Below, piece after piece: positions 9,876 to 19,362 of a stretch of DNA of 50,097 nucleotides (the first letter of the stretch is position 1; each line of letters starts with the position of its first letter). A program made the position numbers and the translations under genes. Below the pieces are notes generated by a model. That model was not told where the DNA came from and searched no databases. It was given only the letters and a program-made list of their open reading frames with translations. The stretch covers positions 1-50,097 of the forward strand of contig JAAZHE010000011.1 in assembly GCA_012510855.1 (NCBI GenBank), written 5' to 3'. The DNA is from Bacillota bacterium (GTDB lineage Bacteria; Bacillota; Limnochordia; DTU087).

Positions 9876-10973
9876 TTGCAGAATTACAGCTTTTTTATGC
9901 CGACAAGGGTTATCCATGGAGAGAAAGAGCTAGTTAACCAAGCTGGACTCTTAAAACAGCTGGGGAACAAATGCCTTCTAGTAACCGGCAAGACGTCGGC
10001 TAGGGCGAGCGGTGCCTTAGATGATGCCGTGGAAGCCCTTACATCCCAGGGTATACGGTACGAACTGTTTGATCAGGTGGAGAACAATCCATCATTGGAG
10101 AACGTAGGTGCCGGCGGGGAAGCTGCCAGGCAGTTCAAGCCGGACTTTATCCTGGGCATCGGCGGCGGTTCTCCCCTTGATGCCAGTAAGGCTATTGCCG
10201 TATTAGCTGTCAATGACATAGATCCCGAGGAGCTTTACCGCAACCAATTTGACAACCGGCCGCTCCCCATAGTGGCTGTACCGACAACTGCCGGAACCGG
10301 CAGTGAAGTAACCCCTTACTCGGTTTTGACCACCCGGGAATTGGAAACCAAGAAATCCTTCTCGGTGCCGGAGCTGTTCCCCAGGCTGGCTTTCTTGGAC
10401 TGGCGGTATACTGAGAAGCTGCCGCTGACTATTACCCGGGATACCGCTTTGGATGCCCTTTCCCATTTGGTAGAGGGGTATCTATCCCAGCGGGCCACAG
10501 GGACCAGCGATTTATTTGCCGAACAGGGGATGAAGCTCTGGACCAAGTCCTTGAAGAGTCTGCGGGAGGGGGTGCTCCCTCCCGAAGACCGGGATCGCCT
10601 GTTGGTCGCATCTACTCTAGGGGGCATTACCATTTCCTATACCGGTACTACTTTAGTTCATGCCCTGGGTTACTCCCTAACGTATTATTACGACATACCC
10701 CACGGCCGGGCCAATGGCCTCTTGATGGCTGAGTACTTGCGCTACAATGCTGAACACGTACCCCAGCGGGTTACCAATATCCTCACCTGGCTGGGACTTA
10801 ACGATATAGAAGAGTTTGCCCAGATCATGACGGAATTGTCCGGTCCAATGGTGGAGCTCAGTGCTGAAGAGATTAAGCAATATGCAGCTAAGGCTGTTAC
10901 CACCAAAGCCGCACTTCAATCTCAAGGCGAAGTGACAGAAGAGGTTTTAGAGAGAATCCTACAAAACTCGTAA
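9876..10973 (+). CDS. Iron-containing (group III) alcohol dehydrogenase
   Basis: TTG 9876 lies 7 nt after 'ggaaaggag'. 'GIGGGSPLDASKAIA', 'AVPTTAGTGSEVT', 'ALDALSHLVEGY' and 'HALGY...PHGRANG' are typical Fe-ADH motifs. Confidence 0.85.
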   Translation: MQNYSFFMPTRVIHGEKELVNQAGLLKQLGNKCLLVTGKTSARASGALDDAVEALTSQGIRYELFDQVENNPSLENVGAGGEAARQFKPDFILGIGGGSPLDASKAIAVLAVNDIDPEELYRNQFDNRPLPIVAVPTTAGTGSEVTPYSVLTTRELETKKSFSVPELFPRLAFLDWRYTEKLPLTITRDTALDALSHLVEGYLSQRATGTSDLFAEQGMKLWTKSLKSLREGVLPPEDRDRLLVASTLGGITISYTGTTLVHALGYSLTYYYDIPHGRANGLLMAEYLRYNAEHVPQRVTNILTWLGLNDIEEFAQIMTELSGPMVELSAEEIKQYAAKAVTTKAALQSQGEVTEEVLERILQNS

Positions 10974-10990
10974 GCCTTGCGGGGATTCGG

Positions 10991-11043
10991 AAGGCTGCCG
11001 GAATAGGCTGCCGTGTCCCTGCTCGAGAGTGGCCGGCAGCCTT
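10991..11043 (+). terminator. Stem-loop downstream of the Fe-ADH gene (possible terminator with a duplicated 5' arm)
   Basis: 'aaggctgccgg' (10991-11001) and a second copy 'aggctgccg' (11005-11013) are both complementary to 'ccggcagcctt' (11033-11043). 'ggggttt' follows. Confidence 0.4.
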
Positions 11044-11360
11044 GGGGTTTATGAGGCACCCTCTCACTAAACAAAGAAAACCAAAAAAATCCATGAAAAA
11101 GGAACCCCTACAACTGATCTGTTCCCCTCGCTGTAGACAGTCGAAATAGCTGGCTACTTGATGGGCTGCAGTTCAAATTTGGGGTTCCTTTTGGTTATGT
11201 GGTATTTGCAGCGGATATGACATTTATCTTCTTTGTGATCAGATTTATCTGAAGGATAGCTGCAGCCAAGGGAAGAATTGTACATAAAGTGGGAGCTCGA
11301 GAGGATTGTCACACGAGCAGATTTCTGCATCAGCGGTCCTAGTAATAGAAGAAAGGATAG

Positions 11361-12239
11361 ATGTATATGGCAAGAGAGATCGGCATATATGTGAATAACT
11401 GGATTTTCGGCAATGCTTCCTTGACCGATGTCGTCTCCAGAGTAAGCAAAATCGGCTTTGACGGCATTGAGCTTGTGGGAGAACCGGCTATCTATGATGG
11501 AGCAGAAGTAAGAAAGCTAATGGAGGACCACGGGCTGAAAGTAATCAGCATCTGCGGCATGCACCCGGGCCCGGAGCCGGGGGATTTGAGGCTGCTCTCC
11601 CATCCAGATGCCGCTGAGCGGGAGAAGGCCATCGATTACGTGAAGTCCTGCGTTGATCTGGCGGTGGAAACCGGTGCCAGGAGTGTGCTGGTAGTGCCCA
11701 GCCCGGTTGGACAGCCGGAGGTTTTAACATCCAAGGAAGAAGATATCCAAAGGGCCATCGAATCACTGCAGAAAGCGGCAGTTTACGCTGAGGAACATAA
11801 GATAATTCTCACCATTGAACCCATTAACCGCTACGAAGTAGGCTTGGTCAACAGCATTGACGACGCTTTGGATATGGCTAAGAAAGTCGACAACCCCTAC
11901 GTGCGCATTATGGGTGACACTTTCCACACGCAGATCGAGGAAGGGGACGGCATTCCCAACGCCATACGGCGGGCCGGCGGTTATTGGTTCCAGCATCTTC
12001 ATGTTGCCGATAATACCAGGCAGGCACCGGGATTAGGCAACATGCCTTGGCGGGAGATCATTCGAGCCCTCCATGATATCCACTATGAAGGCGGAATCTC
12101 CTGCGAGCCCTTGCCCAAAGGGAAAGCTCCCTACGATGCCCGCAGCGGCAATATCCCTAAGGAGCAGCTGGATCGGGATCTCAAGCTGGGCCTGGAGTTC
12201 TTGCGGCGGGAGCAGGAAATTGTGATGGGAATGCTGTGA
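11361..12239 (+). CDS. Xylose-isomerase-like TIM barrel, ketose 3-epimerase (D-psicose/D-tagatose 3-epimerase) family
   Basis: 'IEPINRYE', 'GDTFHTQIEE', 'HLHVADNTRQAPGLGNMPW' and 'GISCEP' match the E/D/H/E metal-ligand pattern of the DTE/DPE family, aligned from memory. An alternative start is ATG 11367. Confidence 0.65.
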   Translation: MYMAREIGIYVNNWIFGNASLTDVVSRVSKIGFDGIELVGEPAIYDGAEVRKLMEDHGLKVISICGMHPGPEPGDLRLLSHPDAAEREKAIDYVKSCVDLAVETGARSVLVVPSPVGQPEVLTSKEEDIQRAIESLQKAAVYAEEHKIILTIEPINRYEVGLVNSIDDALDMAKKVDNPYVRIMGDTFHTQIEEGDGIPNAIRRAGGYWFQHLHVADNTRQAPGLGNMPWREIIRALHDIHYEGGISCEPLPKGKAPYDARSGNIPKEQLDRDLKLGLEFLRREQEIVMGML

Positions 12240-12315
12240 GATTCGCCTACCCGCGCTATCAGCGTCCTATAGGCCTAGAATTGGCTGGGTATTGGATGGA
12301 TGATGAGTTAGAGAG

Positions 12316-12335
12316 GCCCCGGAAACGGGGCTTTT
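12316..12335 (+). terminator. Rho-independent terminator
   Basis: 'gccccg-gaaa-cggggc' is a perfect 6-bp GC stem with a GAAA tetraloop, followed directly by TTTT. Confidence 0.8.
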
Positions 12336-12494
12336 CTAGTCTGCCCAAGTCCACTCTACTGCCCATCGGTGCCGGGGGTAACGGGCTTTTTGAATAGTTG
12401 TAAAGGGCTGCCTTCCCGTTGTGTAGAACTAAACAAGTAGAGATGCTTCCAGAGGCGGTCTTTTTGTATTACGGGGATTTGGGGGGTTATCAGC

Positions 12495-13220
12495 TTGCGG
12501 CTATCTGAGCGGTTTATTGCAGCATACAACAGAATCGATCGGGAAATGACAAAGCGGGCCAAGCTTGATCGCTACGTTGGCTTTGCCCAATTGGTGAGGC
12601 GCCTTTCCCGTACCGATAGTACCATTGCCCAGTTTGCCGATGAGCTCTTGGAATACGGAGATCTCCGCAATGCCATAGTCCACGATGCCGTGGAACCGGG
12701 TAGGATCATAGCCGAACCCCATCCCGATGTTGTAGAGCGCATGGAGCATATCGCGGCGGTTCTCGAACAGCCCCCTTTGGTGACCCCTGAGTTCGAACGC
12801 AAGGTTCATACTGTCCGTTCCAATGATTCTATCTTAGTTGTGATGAATCTGATCCGCCAGCTGGGTTATACCCAATTTCCCATCTATGATGAAGAGGGGA
12901 AGTTCGCAGGCTTGCTTACCGACCGCTGCATAGCCCGGTGGCTGACCTTTGAGCTGGATAAGGTAAGGATGAACTCCTTGGAAGAGATTACCGCTGCCCA
13001 TGTTGCCGCCTATGATAAGACCAAAGGTAAGAACGTCACTTTCTTGCCCAAAGATGCCACGGTGTTCGATGCTTACAATGAGTTCGAACTCCGGATAGGT
13101 ACCGAACGTCCCCGGCTAGAGGCGATATTGATCACCGAGCATGGCAAGAAGGAAGAGCCTCTGTTGGGTATTATTACTCCGTGGGATATTTTCCGCCTTC
13201 GCTCTCTTATGGGTAGATGA
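12495..13220 (+). CDS. Fusion protein: N-terminal HEPN-like domain (R-x4-H) + C-terminal CBS pair
   Basis: TTG 12495 lies ~8 nt after 'gggggg'. The N-terminal ~95 aa are helical and end in 'GDLRNAIVHD' (R58-N-A-I-V-H63). The C-terminal half has two CBS-like repeats ('VMNLIRQLGYTQFPIYDEEGKFAGLLT', 'ILITEHGKKEEPLLGIITPWDI'). Confidence 0.55.
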   Translation: MRLSERFIAAYNRIDREMTKRAKLDRYVGFAQLVRRLSRTDSTIAQFADELLEYGDLRNAIVHDAVEPGRIIAEPHPDVVERMEHIAAVLEQPPLVTPEFERKVHTVRSNDSILVVMNLIRQLGYTQFPIYDEEGKFAGLLTDRCIARWLTFELDKVRMNSLEEITAAHVAAYDKTKGKNVTFLPKDATVFDAYNEFELRIGTERPRLEAILITEHGKKEEPLLGIITPWDIFRLRSLMGR

Positions 13221-13282
13221 AGATGAATATTTCTCCTTCCTGTTTGGGAAAAAGCGTTTTATAGATTCCAGCGGGCCGCTAA

Positions 13283-14908
<1,626 letters not shown>

Positions 14909-14965
14909 TGAGTGAGCAATAACTTATCTATCTAACAATAAGTTATCTATCTAGTATACTAAAGA

Positions 14966-14987
14966 GGGCCAGCCTGCCGGCTGGCCC
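14966..14987. terminator. GC-rich hairpin between convergent genes (bidirectional terminator candidate)
   Basis: 'gggccagcc-tgcc-ggctggccc' is a 9-bp perfect stem. It sits between the abfA stop (14908) and the HD-GYP stop (14996). Confidence 0.6.
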
Positions 14988-14995
14988 CTGTGAAT

Positions 14996-15763
14996 TCATT
15001 CTACCACGAGGTGAGCGTAAACAGGTTCTTGGAAGGCATAATATACCCTCTGTCTGGACACCCCGTCCAATGCCTTTTCTTTGGCCACGTCGGTGACAAA
15101 CGCTTGGATAATCCGCGGGTCAAACTGCGTTCCTGACCTCTGTTGCAGTTCTTCTACCGCTTCTTCATGGGTAAGGCTGTTCCTGTACGGTCTAAAGCTG
15201 ACCATTGCATCATAAGCATCGGCTACAGCTACAATTCTGGCGTTCACAGGTATCTCCTCGCCCTTAAGCCCTCTGGGATACCCCGTTCCATCCCACCGCT
15301 CATGGTGAGCAAGGATAGCGGCGGCGACGGAGGACATGCCGGGTACAAAGTTCAGTAGACGATATCCCACTACTGGATGCCGCTGGATGTGTTTCCATTC
15401 CCTTTCATCAAGGTTGGTGGCCTTATTAAGTATTGCCTCATCGACAACGATCTTGCCGATATCGTGGAGCAGGCCGGTGAGCTTGAGTTCTTCTAGCTGC
15501 TCTCTGTTCAATCCCAAGGATTTACCTATCAACACACACAGTTCGGCTACCCTCTCGGAGTGCTGCTCTTCCCGGGGGTTTTTCTCAAATAAGGTATTGA
15601 GCAAAGTCATGATGATTTGATTGTGGGGATTGGATTCAAGGGAAAAGGATTCGCGATAGGCCCTTTGCAACCGACGGCTTTGGGCCTTCCCGCTCAACCT
15701 TATCTCCGTCCACAAAATAGTGGATAGAATGATAGCCACCAAGACCAACCACTGCAATTCCAT
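14996..15763 (-). CDS. HD-GYP domain phosphohydrolase (putative c-di-GMP phosphodiesterase) with one N-terminal TM helix
   Basis: 'HSERVAELC', 'LLHDIGKI' and 'HHERWDGTGYPRGLKGEEIP' are HD-GYP signatures. The N-terminus 'LVLVAIILSTILW' is hydrophobic. Confidence 0.85.
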   Translation of the reverse strand: MELQWLVLVAIILSTILWTEIRLSGKAQSRRLQRAYRESFSLESNPHNQIIMTLLNTLFEKNPREEQHSERVAELCVLIGKSLGLNREQLEELKLTGLLHDIGKIVVDEAILNKATNLDEREWKHIQRHPVVGYRLLNFVPGMSSVAAAILAHHERWDGTGYPRGLKGEEIPVNARIVAVADAYDAMVSFRPYRNSLTHEEAVEELQQRSGTQFDPRIIQAFVTDVAKEKALDGVSRQRVYYAFQEPVYAHLVVE

Positions 15764-16045
15764 TGGAAACTGACCCTCTCTGTTTAGTTTTCGGTCATCG
15801 AGAACTGGATGATAGACTGATAAGGAGTTCAGTCATCTGGGTGCTCAGTTGTTATCGTAATTTGTCATGCTTTTAGAGATTTCTCGATACACACATGGCA
15901 AATTATACCATCCCGCAAATAGCCGGTCAAACCCTTGAAGGCAAAAGCTACAGGAAGTTCACATCCGCGGGTAAGAAGGCTGTGCAAGATGCTGCGAAGG
16001 TGCTAATATAGAAGATGTATGCGACCAAATGGATAAGGGGAACAG

Positions 16046-17314
16046 TTGAGTATGGTAAGATCTAATCCACTAATCAAAACTCTACTTACTCTAAAGGGGA
16101 ATGCCCGGGCTTGTGTCTGGACGGAGCCGCTGTTTTCTATTCCTTGGCAGCTGTACATGCCGTATGTTGCACTGTACCAGATGGCCTTAGGCCTCACGGA
16201 GCGGCAAATCGGATTGATTGCCAGTGTCAGCATGTTTGTCCAAGTATTGGCTGCCTCGGTCAGCGGGGTTATCACGGATAAGATGGGGCGTAAGCACACA
16301 ACCCACCGCTTTGATATTATATCCTGGAGTATTCCTTGCCTGATTTGGGCCTTTTCCCAGAATTTCACCCATTTCTTATTGGCAGCGGTGATCAACGGCT
16401 TGTGGAGGATACCGGCAAACTCCTGGAACTGCCTGCTGGTGGAAGATACCGACGAACGGCAGTTAGTTCATGTATTTTCATGGATTAATATAGCAGGGCT
16501 GTTGGCGGCCTTTGTGGCACCGGTGGCCGGCATTTTTGTCGCCCGTTACGGTCTTGTTCCAACGGTCCGGGGACTGTATCTTTTGGCCTTTGTCATGATG
16601 ACGGTGAAGTTCATGGTGCTGGATTGGCTCGCTGAGGAGACTCAGCGGGGTAAAATCCGGATGCAGGAAACCGCGGAGGTCAGCCCTTGGACATTGCTGA
16701 GGCAATATGGCGGGGTCTGGGACAAAGTCATCCATTCACCCCAAACCTTGGTGGCCCTCGGGGTTATGGTTGTTATTAATATCAGCACCATGATCAATAC
16801 CAACTTCTGGGGTATTCTGCTCACCCAAAGGCTCCAGATTCCCAAACAGTATATAGCTGTATTTCCCTTTGCCAAGTCCTTAGTCATGTTGTTTTTCTAC
16901 TTTCTCATCATTCCGCGGCTGGATCCCCTGAAGTTCAGGCGGCCCATGTTGACTGGCTTTTTCCTTTTTGTGGCCAGCCAAACCGTCTTGATTTCAGCTC
17001 CCGTGCTGGGGTACGGCTTCCTCTTGGTCAGTATCGCCCTGGAAGCCTGCAGCTTGGCTCTGCTTCAGCCCTTTATGGATGCGTTGGTGGTGGTCTCAGT
17101 GGATTCGGTGGAGCGGGCGAGGATTGTCTCTATTCTCCATGTGGCCATGCTGCTTTTCAGCACGCCTTTCGGCTGGCTAGCGGGCAGTTTTGCTGAGCTG
17201 GATCATAGACTGCCCTTTGTGATCAACATCGTCCTCTTGACTTTGGGCTTTGTTCTCATGTTACAGACCGGTCGGGAGGCAGGACGCCGGGGTACGATTT
17301 CTGCTGTGCGGTGA
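16046..17314 (+). CDS. MFS-type transporter
   Basis: About 12 hydrophobic segments. 'GVITDKMGRKHT' matches the MFS loop 2-3 motif (D-x-x-G-R-K). The start is TTG 16046 or ATG 16052. Confidence 0.75.
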   Translation: MSMVRSNPLIKTLLTLKGNARACVWTEPLFSIPWQLYMPYVALYQMALGLTERQIGLIASVSMFVQVLAASVSGVITDKMGRKHTTHRFDIISWSIPCLIWAFSQNFTHFLLAAVINGLWRIPANSWNCLLVEDTDERQLVHVFSWINIAGLLAAFVAPVAGIFVARYGLVPTVRGLYLLAFVMMTVKFMVLDWLAEETQRGKIRMQETAEVSPWTLLRQYGGVWDKVIHSPQTLVALGVMVVINISTMINTNFWGILLTQRLQIPKQYIAVFPFAKSLVMLFFYFLIIPRLDPLKFRRPMLTGFFLFVASQTVLISAPVLGYGFLLVSIALEACSLALLQPFMDALVVVSVDSVERARIVSILHVAMLLFSTPFGWLAGSFAELDHRLPFVINIVLLTLGFVLMLQTGREAGRRGTISAVR

Positions 17315-17573
17315 CGGCGGGCTGAAGCTCTTCAGCTGTCTATTCATTGCAGATATGGTTAAGTTAGAGTGCTCACTCCCTAGGGAGCCTTAAAAGCCAT
17401 CAAGTAGGCCCGGGGAGTGAGCTTGCTGTTGTGGAAAACCTAGACAGTGGTTGTTGATGGGATGTCGAGAGTAAATCAGCACCTTGGAAAAGTTTGAGGT
17501 TAGTTTGAGAACTTTATGACCACGCAGAGGTAAATTATAGTTGCCAATATCAAATTGCAAGGAGGCAACTATA

Positions 17574-18083
17574 ATGAAGTTATCTCGGTATTCAATTCTT
17601 GCGTGCTTGATTGTGTTAGTCTTGGCAGGTGCTGTAAGCGCGAGTGAACTGGCTGGCGATGATGTAAGGTTGACGCTAATACTGCAGCCTTACGCTGAAG
17701 TAGCCATTGCAGGTAATCTAGAGCTTAAGGCTAGTGTCCCTGAAGGCGGCGAAGCCAATACGTCTTTCGAGATTAGGACCACTACACGGCTGAATGTTGA
17801 AATAGCCTCCCGTGGTATGGGGACAGTGTCAACAGACTTCGACGTCATTGACCCGTTTGTTACATACACCGTCACGGCAGGTGAAGCAGTGACTTCCTTT
17901 ACGGCAGGCCAGAAGTCAAACTTCGTAACGCCCCTTGGTGGTGCAGATGGTAAATATGGTAATGGGTATTATACGTATGGGTTGCGAGCCGTTTTCAATG
18001 CAGAAGGCCTTGAGTGGTGGAGTTTCCCATCTGACCTACACTATTTCGATAGGATTTCTGTGACAGTGTCGAAAGCCTCGTAA
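17574..18083 (+). CDS. Secreted protein of unknown function
   Basis: ATG 17574 lies 8 nt after 'ggagg'. Signal peptide 'MKLSRYSILACLIVLVLAGAVSA|SE'. The mature part looks beta-rich. I recognise no family. Confidence 0.6.
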   Translation: MKLSRYSILACLIVLVLAGAVSASELAGDDVRLTLILQPYAEVAIAGNLELKASVPEGGEANTSFEIRTTTRLNVEIASRGMGTVSTDFDVIDPFVTYTVTAGEAVTSFTAGQKSNFVTPLGGADGKYGNGYYTYGLRAVFNAEGLEWWSFPSDLHYFDRISVTVSKAS

Positions 18084-18132
18084 ACTAGACAACCAAACCC
18101 ATAACTCAAATTTCACATCTGGATCGGATAAA

Positions 18133-18171
18133 CATGAGCCGCAGCTTCTCAATAGAAGCTTGCGGCTCATG
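18133..18171. terminator. Hairpin between convergent genes
   Basis: 'catgagccgcagcttct-caat-agaagcttgcggctcatg' is a 17-bp stem with one bulged T, followed by 'ctggttt'. Confidence 0.6.
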
Positions 18172-18234
18172 CTGGTTTCGGCCGCAATAACACAGGCCAG
18201 CACTGCCTCCCAGACTAGCATTAAACCTAGGACC

Positions 18235-18918
18235 TCAAATCGTCCATTGATTATGGATCACGCCTACTAAATACCAACTGCCCTCCAACTCTTCAAAGGC
18301 CAGCCGCAGGCTCTCCCAGTCCAGCCCTCCGTACTGGGGGTCAAATCCAGAAAAATGGTATTCGACGATAATGGCATTGGGATAAACTTCGAATTGATTC
18401 TCCAGAGTATTGCCGACTCCAAGGGTTTCATTGTAGCTTACATTCTCGGCATTGATGAAATCAGCAGTGTAAACGAACTTATCGAAGTACTCCCGGGGTG
18501 TCAACTCGATGGGATCGCCCGTGCCGTCGTAATACCCCCAGGTATACTTTGTGTTATCCTCGTCAAACACCGCTACCTGTTCAGGAGTAAACACCAGATC
18601 TCCAGTCTCGGAAACATCAACATAGGAATACGGCGAGAACCTCACCCCGGAAGGATGGACCCGTTCTGCCAACCCGGCAAAATCCCTCTCTTTGATGATT
18701 TTCAAGGTCTCCATTGCCCGTTCCTCAATGATCCGCTTAGCATCGATGGGGGGAAGCTGAGATGCCGGTACAGACACCTCTTTCTTAGGTTTTTCGGCCC
18801 TTTGTTCTTCATTAAGCTCCTTATCCTCTGCCCGATCCAGCAAGGCAGGTACACAGGCAGAAAGGGCGGTGATAAGGAACAAAGCCAGTACTAACAGTAA
18901 GAATCCCTTGGTATTCAT
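18235..18918 (-). CDS. Putative lipoprotein of unknown function
   Basis: ATG (complement of 18916-18918) follows 'aggagg'. Signal and lipobox 'LVLALFLITALSAC'. A Lys/Glu-rich linker precedes a ~160-aa globular domain. Confidence 0.65.
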   Translation of the reverse strand: MNTKGFLLLVLALFLITALSACVPALLDRAEDKELNEEQRAEKPKKEVSVPASQLPPIDAKRIIEERAMETLKIIKERDFAGLAERVHPSGVRFSPYSYVDVSETGDLVFTPEQVAVFDEDNTKYTWGYYDGTGDPIELTPREYFDKFVYTADFINAENVSYNETLGVGNTLENQFEVYPNAIIVEYHFSGFDPQYGGLDWESLRLAFEELEGSWYLVGVIHNQWTI

Positions 18919-19021
18919 GGGCACCTCCTGATTACTCGTGTAAATGTGAGATTCGGCTAGCATGCTGGCTTGACCTTTCGCCCACTTTCTCTCCTTGGCC
19001 TTTCCTTTGGCTCTTTGGCCC

Positions 19022-19186
19022 GCCTTTAGACATTATTCCCACTTCGCCAAATGCTACCCCTAGAATACCGGTTCTGCCAGGATAATGGAAAAGAACGGCA
19101 TGAGAAAAGAGGGTTGCCTGGGGGACCATATGTTCAAAGACGGCCAGTATTCCGATGCGCTGGTCTATGCCATCCTGGAGGATTAA
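19022..19186 (+). pseudogene. Remnant of a GNAT (RimJ/RimL-like) acetyltransferase C-terminus
   Basis: The translation '...HFAKCYP*NTGSARIMEKNGMRKEGCLGDHMFKDGQYSDALVYAILED*' matches the typical GNAT C-terminal pattern 'N..S.R..EK.GF..EG.....F..G.Y.D...Y.LL'. There is an in-frame TAG at 19061-19063 and no N-terminal half. Confidence 0.45.
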
Positions 19187-19362
19187 TGGCGGAAGCTGGT
19201 AGGGAAGGCCACTGATTAGAAAGACGCTAAATAGAACGATGCGGGACTACCTCCCGCACCGAACGATCAAAATGCGCTCTTCACCCCTGGGAAAAGGCGG
19301 CCTATATAACGTCAGGAGATAGTAGAAGTAACCTGGGTTCGGGCAGACACCGTGCCTCTGTC

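Noticed and set aside
11154-11285. 43-aa Cys/His-containing minus-strand ORF in the Fe-ADH downstream spacer
   Set aside because: It has no RBS. It also overlaps one arm of the long inverted repeat, which explains the open frame equally well.
15895-16011. 38-aa ORF 'MANYTIPQIAGQTLEGKSYRKFTSAGKKAVQDAAKVLI' in the HD-GYP/MFS intergenic region
   Set aside because: It has no Shine-Dalgarno sequence and no recognisable family. It is not SASP-like on inspection. It cannot be supported from sequence alone.
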